From an uncultured Bacteroidales bacterium (GTDB lineage Bacteria; Bacteroidota; Bacteroidia; Bacteroidales; F082): a DNA stretch of 64,000 bases. Below are positions 29,040 through 36,750 of the stretch, one piece after another. Made by a program: the position numbers and the translations under genes. Within the stretch, counting starts at the first letter, position 1; every line of letters starts with the position of its first letter. Location: positions 8,040-72,039 of the forward strand of contig CAJOEZ010000011.1 of NCBI GenBank assembly GCA_905233685.1. Direction: 5' to 3'. Below the pieces are notes generated by a model. It had not been told where the DNA came from. It saw nothing but the letters and a program-made list of their open reading frames with translations, and made no database searches.

Positions 29040-31496
29040 TCACTTCAAAAACTCATACTCATAAACCTTAGCCTCAATCCGCTTGGCCAAGTGTTTCATC
29101 TTCTCACGCAGGGTGGCGATGAGTTCGGTGTAGGTCTCGTCGTCGCTCTTGGCGTTCATGTTGCCTTTTTCGTTGGTGCCTTGGAAATGCAGGCGGATGT
29201 CGTAGAACGACGCATCGGCTATGGCGTTGGGCTGGCTGTGGTAATAGCGCCACAGCGCAAGGCCCGCGTCGTAAACGGCCTGCGCCTCGGGCGACATGGT
29301 TTGTAGAGACGGTGTGCACACCGTCTCTACCCCAAACAGGCCTTGCCCTTCCGCAGGTTTGATTTTCCCATTGAGATAATCCGCCATAAACGTTGATTTG
29401 AACGTCTTCTTGCAGCCCACCTGCTCGCGGGTGAAGGGAATCCAATGGTTGATGCCTTGCTGCGAAGAAATTCTGTTCTGCCCATGAAACAGTGTGAATA
29501 TCAGGCAGTCCGTCTGAAACTCTTTGTCGGTTTTCCAACCATCGTTGGGATACAAGAATTGGTCGCGGTCGTTGAGCCAAGTGGCCTCAATGCAGTGGCG
29601 GACAGCAATGTAAACAGCAATTTCCTTGATATTCTTTGTTGTCACAATCGTACCTCTCGGATGAGGTAGTTGAGACTTGTCATTGAGAATATAATTGAAA
29701 TTATTATGTTGAAAATCAGCCCCATTCGCATACATAAAGCCGATGGCTTTTTCTCCTTCCCTATTTCTTGTCGTAATAATCCAATCGTTTATAGAACGAA
29801 ATTCAGTTATGGCTCGAATATTAATCGTTCCTTTTGATGTCCCGTCCAAATCATACACATCAGAAACAACACTATTATAATCTGCTTGCTGTTTTGTGTC
29901 CCACACAAAAAAACCTATTGGGAAATTGCCTTTCACATTATCAAAAGTTTTTGCTGGAACGACAAACATTTTTTCAAGTTTTGCCTTAAATATATCTCTA
30001 AATTCCTTAAAATTAGGGGCTTGCAGAATTTTTAGTTTTGAAAACTCACCAAGGATACATCCGTTGATTTCACAATAAATTCTGATGAAAAATTGGGCAT
30101 ACAATTCTCTTCCCGCAATACCTATTCTATTGAGGTATTTTTCGTATGTCTTTTGTGTTACAGCAACATCTGTTTTGTTTTCACCCGTTCCTGCTATTGT
30201 TTTTGTGCTGGCCGCCTCCGCATACGGCGGATTAATGTAAACCACCAACTTCTTCCGCTTTTCGGGGTCGTTCAAAATCTCTTGCAGTTCCTCGGGGCAT
30301 TTGGCGAAGTCGTCGTTGAGGAAATCGAACTGAAACACATGGTTTTCGGCCATCGGCCAGCCGTTGTTGATGCGGTCCATCATCACGTCAACGTCTTGCT
30401 TGTCCAAGGTCGAGGCCCACACGCGGTCGTAGTTCGTCAGGCCGTTCAGCAGGTTGCCCGTGCCGGCGCAGCAGTCCCAGATGTAATACTCGTCTTGCCA
30501 GGTCTCGCCCAACACGTCGGCCAAATATTGCTGGCTCTTCTCCACCCAGATTTGTGGCGTGAAGTAGGAGCCTTTGCGCTCGCGGATGTCTTGCGGCACA
30601 AGCAAGTCGCGCCGCCCGATGATGTAGTTCCAATATTCCTCCTTGGGCGGTCGCGCATAGATGCTCCAAAACTGCTTGTAGGCCTTCTGCTTGTCGTTGA
30701 AGCCCACCGACGAGGTAGAAACCAGCCCCATCTCGTCAATCTTCTTGGCCAGTTCGTACTTGGTCTTGCGCAGCACCACATAAAGCGAGTCCTTCAGCGA
30801 CTCCTCGTTGCTCGACAGCAGGTCGGCGAGGAAGAAGTCGGCGGAGATGATGCCCGCCTTGTTGGCCTTGGCCCAATCCACGCTGATGGTGGGGCGCACC
30901 TTCTCGCTCCATTTCTGGAACACGAAGGTGAAGTTGTTCTTCGTGACCGATATTTTCTCCGTCGCCTCCTTGCCCGTCTTGAAATTGAGGCGGATGAACT
31001 CCTTGAACTCCTGCGCCTGCGTTTCGTAGTAAAAGAGGATGGAATTGTCCTCGAGCAAGCCCTTGCAGAGGTCGTAGAGTTGGCGGAACTCCTTGGTGTC
31101 GTGGTTCGAGGGCGTCACGTTCCAGTTGAAGTCGTTCTGGAAAAAGATGCCTTGGATTTCGTGGTACTCGATGAAGGCGAACTTCTCCGCGTCGAAGGCA
31201 CCTATGTATTTGGGCGGCAGGTACTTCTCGAAGGTGCGCTCCTTGCCGATGGTGAGGATGAGTTGCACAAACGACTCGAAGATGTCGTGCGAAGTGCCCT
31301 GTTTGGCCTCGGCCCAAAGCAGCGACTTGAGGTCGTCGTTCTCGAACTCGTCAAAAATCGACGTTTGACCCTGCTTGACGATGTTTTTGGCGACAACGAA
31401 GTCGATGTTGCCGAGTTGGGTGTATTTGTAATTGTTGAAGAAGTCCTGCTGCACCGCGCTTTTTAGGGGTTCTTCTTTTAGTTTTTTGTAGTCCAT
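29040..31496 (-). CDS. N6-adenine DNA methyltransferase (gamma class) with N-terminal PD-ExK-like motif; candidate single-chain type IIG/IIL restriction-modification enzyme
   Basis: GSYFTPQIWV (motif X-like), WDCCAGTGNLL (motif I), VVYINPPYAEA (motif IV). The N-terminus has GNIDFVV (D32) ... SLLWAEAKQG (E63-x-K65). Confidence 0.7.
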   Translation of the reverse strand: MDYKKLKEEPLKSAVQQDFFNNYKYTQLGNIDFVVAKNIVKQGQTSIFDEFENDDLKSLLWAEAKQGTSHDIFESFVQLILTIGKERTFEKYLPPKYIGAFDAEKFAFIEYHEIQGIFFQNDFNWNVTPSNHDTKEFRQLYDLCKGLLEDNSILFYYETQAQEFKEFIRLNFKTGKEATEKISVTKNNFTFVFQKWSEKVRPTISVDWAKANKAGIISADFFLADLLSSNEESLKDSLYVVLRKTKYELAKKIDEMGLVSTSSVGFNDKQKAYKQFWSIYARPPKEEYWNYIIGRRDLLVPQDIRERKGSYFTPQIWVEKSQQYLADVLGETWQDEYYIWDCCAGTGNLLNGLTNYDRVWASTLDKQDVDVMMDRINNGWPMAENHVFQFDFLNDDFAKCPEELQEILNDPEKRKKLVVYINPPYAEAASTKTIAGTGENKTDVAVTQKTYEKYLNRIGIAGRELYAQFFIRIYCEINGCILGEFSKLKILQAPNFKEFRDIFKAKLEKMFVVPAKTFDNVKGNFPIGFFVWDTKQQADYNSVVSDVYDLDGTSKGTINIRAITEFRSINDWIITTRNREGEKAIGFMYANGADFQHNNFNYILNDKSQLPHPRGTIVTTKNIKEIAVYIAVRHCIEATWLNDRDQFLYPNDGWKTDKEFQTDCLIFTLFHGQNRISSQQGINHWIPFTREQVGCKKTFKSTFMADYLNGKIKPAEGQGLFGVETVCTPSLQTMSPEAQAVYDAGLALWRYYHSQPNAIADASFYDIRLHFQGTNEKGNMNAKSDDETYTELIATLREKMKHLAKRIEAKVYEYEFLK

Positions 31497-31666
31497 GGTC
31501 TAAATTTTGGATAATGCTCCTTTTCGTATCCAATCACAATGTCCGACATCATCGTCAATTCAATGGCGTTGCGGTCATTAGCTGGGGTTTCATCCGTCAC
31601 CAACGGCAACAATTCCTCGATTCTCTCCAATGCAATTTCGTATTGTTCTTTCGTGATTCTGCTCAT
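31478..31666 (-). CDS. Small ORF resembling only the N-terminal part of HigA-type antitoxins (no HTH)
   Basis: MSRITKEQYEIALERIEELLPLVTDETPANDRNAIELTMMSDIVIGYEKEHYP, then an unrelated tail KFRPWTTKN*. Overlaps the methyltransferase start by 19 nt. A TACTTTTG box lies about 20 nt upstream (31686..31693, minus). Confidence 0.4.
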   Translation of the reverse strand: MSRITKEQYEIALERIEELLPLVTDETPANDRNAIELTMMSDIVIGYEKEHYPKFRPWTTKN

Positions 31667-31814
31667 GTCGCTTTCCTCATAACTGCAAAAGTAGCAACTA
31701 ATTTTGGAATACAATAGATATTATTGAAAAAAATTGTTTTTCGGGACAAGTTTTTGTTTTGCTAACAAGTTTCAAAAAAATCATTGTTTTTGCAGACCGA
31801 AAACGATTGGAATC

Positions 31815-32093
31815 ATGTGCAGATACAGTGAAATAGAGGCTATCGAATTGCCAAACGGCAAAACCGTGAAAGAAGTGAATGAAGCGGTCAGGCGCGAGGT
31901 GGAACGAATCTATATTGAGTCGTGGCTGCAAGGCGTTTCGGTACCGTTTTTTGATGATGACGGCACCACCTATTTAGCCAACCCCGACGGCAGCGAGGAC
32001 AAGGTCATCCTCGACAGGAAAACTCGCACTTACAACATCGTCATGCGCACTGCCCAGCCAGGATGCGGACGGCATGCTCATTTAATGGCTTAG
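31815..32093 (+). CDS. Hypothetical small protein (92 aa)
   Basis: ORF starting MCRYSEIEAIELPNGKTVKE, divergent from the higA-like ORF. No recognised motif and no clean -7 box. Confidence 0.35.
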   Translation: MCRYSEIEAIELPNGKTVKEVNEAVRREVERIYIESWLQGVSVPFFDDDGTTYLANPDGSEDKVILDRKTRTYNIVMRTAQPGCGRHAHLMA

Positions 32094-32143
32094 ATTTCAC
32101 GCTTCGCATATAGGTAAAAACGGCATATACAAAATGGCAAACG

Positions 32144-32440
32144 TTATTTCACCTTATCCCGATTGATTAAGTCGCACTCTTCGACGGTATCGTCCATCCA
32201 CCAATATTTGTATTCATCCAAATAATAATAGTAGTACGTTCGACCATAGAATTGGCCTGGTTTGCTGTACTCTCGTATATGTGCTGCAAACCAACGGAAT
32301 TCTTCAACATCATTTTTGTCTTTCAACAAACAATACCAATGAGGAATCTGTGGCATTGTTTTGGCAAAATGCCACTCATGTGTATCGATAAAATGACGTA
32401 CTCTTTCCAAATCCTCTGGTAATTCCAATTGACTTTCCAT
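32144..32440 (-). CDS. Hypothetical aromatic-rich protein (98 aa) downstream of the GmrSD-type gene
   Basis: THEWHFAKTMPQIPHWYCLL ... YYYYYLDEYKYWWMDD ... LINR. It looks like a conserved small domain, but I cannot name the family. Confidence 0.5.
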   Translation of the reverse strand: MESQLELPEDLERVRHFIDTHEWHFAKTMPQIPHWYCLLKDKNDVEEFRWFAAHIREYSKPGQFYGRTYYYYYLDEYKYWWMDDTVEECDLINRDKVK

Positions 32441-32493
32441 ACTATTAACTTAAAATAGTGCTAAACATACCATTCTCAATCTATCATATATCA

Positions 32494-34320
32494 CTATTTT
32501 GGAAACCTGAACATTTCTGCCACTTCTGAAACAAGTTTTTCGGTGCGTTCCTTAATATCATCAACTGTCCATTTATCCTTCTCTGCAAGTTCACGATTGA
32601 TTTCCAATCCATTCTTATAACCTATAGAAATACCATCCTTATTAACTCGATCTCGTTTTTGCTCAAATGGAAAATTGCTTAACGCACTATTATATCCCGT
32701 AATTGTCAAGTTTCCCAATTTGTGTACATATTTCTGGAGATATTCATTAGCTAATTCTCTATTACCTCCTGCAATCATTTCCACCCATGCATCGGGAATA
32801 TTCTCTCCTTCGGGGAAAATATGTTCAATTGTCCAGATAAAGACATTGTTATTACTCTTTTCATATTGCTTATACTCCCAAAGGTCTGTCCAAGTTTCCT
32901 TTGTCATATACTTTTGTGCTAAAGCACAAAGAATGAAACGAGCCGCACCAGTATTCTCTTTATAAATGTCGCCATTAAGCCGTTCTATGAATAACTCATC
33001 CGATGCTACCCATTGGGAAAGAATGTGTTTCACAGTGTCATAAACGGCACTGCCCTTTGCTGAATCGTTTTCAATGGCAGAGATAGTGTCCATAAAAATA
33101 CGATTTAAATCCCTTGTACCAGGATAGTCTGTTACATTACGGCGAACAAAAAACACCGTCAAAAGATTAATCACTTTGATGATAATATCTTCAGTAATTT
33201 GTAATTCTTCTTTGTTTTTCAACAAAAACATCAACAACTGATAAGACGGCACGCCTTGAATCCTTGCCAAATCCAAAAGAGCACGCCTATAAGGAGTTTT
33301 GTCATCTTCGCGATCACGAAGGTCAGCAAAAATTCGACCTGCCTCCAAAACATCATTCAGGAAACCAGAAAGGTTGTTATTGATGAGTTTTTCATAAATT
33401 TGAAGAAGATTTGATTTTGTGGCAACTATGCCCAAAGGGTCTTTTTTCTTTAAGTCATCCTTGCGGAAAGGTTCGTTAAGTCGATTCTTGAAAGCATTGT
33501 AATAGTAACGGAAAAATCGTTCTTGCGTGGCATAGTCGTCAGTAAGCAATTCCAATAGTTCTTTCCATTGCTCAAAACAATCATCAACGGTCAATCCAAC
33601 CCTTTCGGCTCTCGCCATTATCAAATTCTTCATTAAGTCGACAGCCGTAAGTGGCATACCTCTGTTATTGAGCGATTCAAACAAAATGTATGCATCGGAA
33701 TGAGTGGAAACTTCTATTTTGACCAACATCGCGTTACAAACCTTTTTCTTTATTTCAAGCAGTTTAGCGACTTTGTCTTCACAATTCTTTAAGTCCAAAT
33801 CAATCTTATAGAGAAATTGATAGAAACAACGGGCTATCTTTCGGCGACCATAAAACGGAACTTTTTTGGCATACTTCAATATTCCATTCTCGTTCATCAC
33901 AGTGGAAAAATCATCTTGATTATTATTCTGAACTTGTGGAAGAAGTATCAAACCATTGCTATTCTTGTCATTTTGCAACGCCTTTCTAATCCATGAAATC
34001 TCATCGTAATCGTCCTCGTCCATCTCATCTTTATGCTCATTAAGACGACGATAGATAGCAAGAAGGAGCAAACATAAAGTTGTAAGACGCTGTTGACCAT
34101 CAATAACCTCAAGCCGAGGATAATTTGAATCGCCAGTGTTTATACAGATAATAGAGCCTATGAAATAGCCTTCTGAGTTTTCCGTAATATCATCATACAA
34201 TGCATTCCATTCTTTGTACGACCATGTATATTCACGCTGATACTTGGGGATTACATAATAGAACGATGCGTTTTTCTTTAAAATCTCATCGATTGGATAT
34301 TTGTTTACTGTTTGTATCAT
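32494..34320 (-). CDS. GmrSD-type DUF262 + DUF1524 (His-Me/HNH-like) protein, candidate type IV modification-dependent restriction enzyme
   Basis: N-terminal IPKYQREYTW and VIDGQQRLTT (DUF262/ParB-like). C-terminal WTIEHIFPEG ... HKLGNLTITGYNSALSN (DUF1524). AT-rich. Confidence 0.8.
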   Translation of the reverse strand: MIQTVNKYPIDEILKKNASFYYVIPKYQREYTWSYKEWNALYDDITENSEGYFIGSIICINTGDSNYPRLEVIDGQQRLTTLCLLLLAIYRRLNEHKDEMDEDDYDEISWIRKALQNDKNSNGLILLPQVQNNNQDDFSTVMNENGILKYAKKVPFYGRRKIARCFYQFLYKIDLDLKNCEDKVAKLLEIKKKVCNAMLVKIEVSTHSDAYILFESLNNRGMPLTAVDLMKNLIMARAERVGLTVDDCFEQWKELLELLTDDYATQERFFRYYYNAFKNRLNEPFRKDDLKKKDPLGIVATKSNLLQIYEKLINNNLSGFLNDVLEAGRIFADLRDREDDKTPYRRALLDLARIQGVPSYQLLMFLLKNKEELQITEDIIIKVINLLTVFFVRRNVTDYPGTRDLNRIFMDTISAIENDSAKGSAVYDTVKHILSQWVASDELFIERLNGDIYKENTGAARFILCALAQKYMTKETWTDLWEYKQYEKSNNNVFIWTIEHIFPEGENIPDAWVEMIAGGNRELANEYLQKYVHKLGNLTITGYNSALSNFPFEQKRDRVNKDGISIGYKNGLEINRELAEKDKWTVDDIKERTEKLVSEVAEMFRFPK

Positions 34321-34345
34321 GATGTATTGTTTTAGTTTGTTTCTG

Positions 34346-34353
34346 CAAAAGTA
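34346..34353 (-). promoter_or_regulatory. -7 promoter box TACTTTTG for the GmrSD-type gene
   Basis: Reverse complement of caaaagta; 26 nt upstream of ATG 34320 and just downstream of the sirtuin stop. Confidence 0.5.
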
Positions 34354-34362
34354 ATGCTTTTT

Positions 34363-35073
34363 TCAACCCGCATCAAACTCGGACAACTTCTCCAACAAAA
34401 CATCCACCCCCTCCACCGCCGTGGCCTTGATGTGCTCGAATCCGAAGGGCAACTTGCCTTGCATGTCACCCGGGTCTATGAGGAACTTGGGGACTTCCCG
34501 ATGAGCACAATTGACCAATCCCGCTGCTGGATACACCACCAATGAAGTGCCGATGACAATAAAGATGTCCGCCATTTTCACTAAATGTGCCGCCAACTCC
34601 ATATTATCGACATATTCACCGAACCACACAATATAAGGGCGCATTTGTGAGCCGTCAGCCGCTTTGTCGCCAAGAAGAATCGGGACATCAAGCGGATATT
34701 CCTTGATACAGTTGGGGTCAAGGCGGTTGCGTGAAGATGTCACCTTGGTCAATTCGCCGTGAAGGTGAATCACTTTGCTGCTTCCAGCCCTTTCGTGAAG
34801 GTTATCCACATTTTGCGTGATGATGGTCACATCGTATTGCTTTTCCAAGTCCGCCAAAACACGATGGGCATGGTTCGGCTCCACCTCCAACAGGTTTTTC
34901 CGTCGGGCATTATAGAAATCGAGTACGGCCTGTGGGTCTTCCTCGAAACCCTCCACGCTGGCCAACTTCATGGCATCATACTTGCCCCACATCCCGTTTT
35001 TGTCGCGAAAGGTGGGGATTCCGCTCTCGGCACTGATGCCTGCGCCAGTAAAGACTACTAGTTTTTGTTGCAT
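34363..35073 (-). CDS. SIR2-family NAD-dependent protein deacylase (canonical sirtuin)
   Basis: FTGAGISAESGIPTFRDKNGMW, TQNVDNLHERAG, HLHGEL, IVIGTSLVVYPAA. GC-rich like the core genes. Confidence 0.85.
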   Translation of the reverse strand: MQQKLVVFTGAGISAESGIPTFRDKNGMWGKYDAMKLASVEGFEEDPQAVLDFYNARRKNLLEVEPNHAHRVLADLEKQYDVTIITQNVDNLHERAGSSKVIHLHGELTKVTSSRNRLDPNCIKEYPLDVPILLGDKAADGSQMRPYIVWFGEYVDNMELAAHLVKMADIFIVIGTSLVVYPAAGLVNCAHREVPKFLIDPGDMQGKLPFGFEHIKATAVEGVDVLLEKLSEFDAG

Positions 35074-35153
35074 AACAGATATGATTTATTGTTTTTGCAA
35101 ATCTACAAAAACATCCCAAATCATCTGTAATAATCGTCATTTTTTCCTATTTT

Positions 35154-35176
35154 GCGGCCAATAAACCACAAATTCT
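35154..35176. repeat. 23-nt direct repeat, left copy (GCGGCCAATAAACCACAAATTCT)
   Basis: 21/23 identical to 36655..36677. Lies 6 nt downstream of the ATPase stop codon. Confidence 0.75.
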
Positions 35177-35181
35177 ACTCC

Positions 35182-36471
35182 TTAATTCTTCAAACACCCA
35201 ATCGGCACCACAAACACGCCGTCGTTTCGGCGATAGGCATACTGCCCGCCCGTGAGAACAAGTAGCAAATCAGGCTCGCGTATCGGAGTCTGATGCTCCA
35301 TTTTGTTATGCTCCTTGATAAGCCGCTGCAATTCACACAAATGACTGGCTCCTTCCTCAATTTCCGCGCTACCCAACTTGCACTCAATGAGCGCATAACG
35401 TCCATCGTTGATATGTAGCACAACATCCGCTTCCAAGCCATACTTGTCGCGATAATAGCCGATATGCGAGTCAATGTCGGAAGTGTAAGCCTTCAAGTCC
35501 CTGATGCACAACTGCTCAAACAGGAAGCCGAAGGTCTTGAACTGCGTCATTAACGCTTTGGGCGACAGTTGCATCGCGGCCACGGCCACACTCGGGTCGC
35601 AGAAAGTGCGCTTCGGGGTGCTGCGAATGACTGACTTGCTGCGAATGGCAGGGCACCATGCCTCAACATCCTGAATGACAAACAGTTTCTCCAAAGCCGT
35701 CACATACGAAGTGAAGGTATCCATCGAGCAGGTCATCTCTTCGGATGCCGACACATCGGCAAGCAAGGTCGTTTTCTTGGCCAAAGTGGAGATGTTGCGG
35801 GCATACGAGCGCAATATCATCCGCGTCAGTTTTTCGTCCCTTTGCACGCCGTCAATTCGTGAAATTTCTTCCTTGCAAACGGTCCGGAAATAGTCCTTCG
35901 CCACCATCAGTTTCGATTTTTCGTCCTTCAGTCGCAACGTGACAGGCCATCCGCCGCGACAAGCAGCAAAAATAATGTCCTCAACCTGCATGTCGGAAAC
36001 CGCAGCAAGGTCTTGTTGCGGATTGTCAAACAAGTCCATCAGACTGACTGCTCCGTTGGATTCCTTCGATTCCCAAAGGCTCATGGGCAACATTTCCATT
36101 TTCGAGATGCGCCCGTTTCCTGAATGGTGTATCTTGCTCTTATCCACCGCGTTTGAGCCAGTAAGGATGAATTGTCCTTCCAGCCCTCTCTCGTCCACCA
36201 AAGTACGCACGGCATCCCAAAGTACAGGCGCGTCCTGCCATTCATCGATGAGCCGAGGCGTTGCCCCTTGCAGCAACAACGATGGCTTGGAGGCTGCCGT
36301 GGTGAGATACTGTTCACGCATGTCGGGCGACTGCAACTTGATTACACTGCCCGCCAATTGCTCTGCGGTGGTGGTTTTTCCGCACCATTTTGGGCCTTCA
36401 ATCAGTACCGCTCCGAAGGCGTTCAAACGCTCCTCAAGTTGGGTGTCTGCCATCCGTTTGAAATAGTCCAT
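35182..36471 (-). CDS. AAA ATPase with C-terminal DUF4143-type (PD-(D/E)xK-like) domain (second paralogue)
   Basis: Walker A IEGPKWCGKTT, Walker B RLIDEWQD. The C-terminus has EADVVL...YALIECKLG (D...ExK pattern). Confidence 0.8.
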   Translation of the reverse strand: MDYFKRMADTQLEERLNAFGAVLIEGPKWCGKTTTAEQLAGSVIKLQSPDMREQYLTTAASKPSLLLQGATPRLIDEWQDAPVLWDAVRTLVDERGLEGQFILTGSNAVDKSKIHHSGNGRISKMEMLPMSLWESKESNGAVSLMDLFDNPQQDLAAVSDMQVEDIIFAACRGGWPVTLRLKDEKSKLMVAKDYFRTVCKEEISRIDGVQRDEKLTRMILRSYARNISTLAKKTTLLADVSASEEMTCSMDTFTSYVTALEKLFVIQDVEAWCPAIRSKSVIRSTPKRTFCDPSVAVAAMQLSPKALMTQFKTFGFLFEQLCIRDLKAYTSDIDSHIGYYRDKYGLEADVVLHINDGRYALIECKLGSAEIEEGASHLCELQRLIKEHNKMEHQTPIREPDLLLVLTGGQYAYRRNDGVFVVPIGCLKN

Positions 36472-36495
36472 AATTCATCATTTTGAAATTCGCTG

Positions 36496-36503
36496 CAAAA
36501 TTA
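36496..36503 (-). promoter_or_regulatory. -7 promoter box TAATTTTG for the second ATPase
   Basis: Reverse complement of caaaatta; 25 nt upstream of ATG 36471. Confidence 0.5.
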
Positions 36504-36531
36504 CTATAAATAAATGAATTACGCAAATCTA

Positions 36532-36646
36532 TTCGGTGTTTTTTACACATTTTGTTCGGTGTTTTGGCGGTAATCTGTTCGGTGTTTTCGACACGTTTTG
36601 TTCGGTGTTTTGGCGGTAATTTATTCGGTGTTTTCGACACACAAAT
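36532..36646. repeat. Five direct TTCGGTGTTTT motifs at an exact 23-nt period (2.5 copies of a 46-nt unit)
   Basis: TTCGGTG starts at 36532, 36555, 36578, 36601, 36624. The alternating tails are ..cgacac(g)ttttg and ..ggcggtaat(c/t)t(g/a). Confidence 0.85.
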
Positions 36647-36654
36647 TTGGAAAT

Positions 36655-36677
36655 GCGGCCAATAAACCGCAAAATCT
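36655..36677. repeat. 23-nt direct repeat, right copy (GCGGCCAATAAACCGCAAAATCT)
   Basis: 21/23 identical to 35154..35176. AACCGCAAAA recurs at 36689..36698. The 16-mer GGCCAATAAACCGCAA also occurs inside the first ATPase gene at 27908..27923. Confidence 0.75.
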
Positions 36678-36721
36678 GCGGATAATTAACCGCAAAAGTT
36701 GCGGCTTATTAGAATTATTTG

Positions 36722-36729
36722 TATTTTTG
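36722..36729 (+). promoter_or_regulatory. -7 promoter box TATTTTTG for fic
   Basis: Matches TAnnTTTG, 22 nt upstream of ATG 36751. Confidence 0.5.
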
Positions 36730-36750
36730 CAGCCGAAAAATGTATCAATC

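Noticed and set aside
34363-35073. SIR2 gene as a defence effector (Thoeris/DSR-like) coupled to the adjacent GmrSD-type gene
   Set aside because: It has the full canonical sirtuin motifs (GAGISAESGIPTFR, QNVD, HG) and core-like high GC. The GmrSD-type gene has its own -7 box just downstream of the SIR2 stop. It is more likely a housekeeping deacylase next to an inserted gene.
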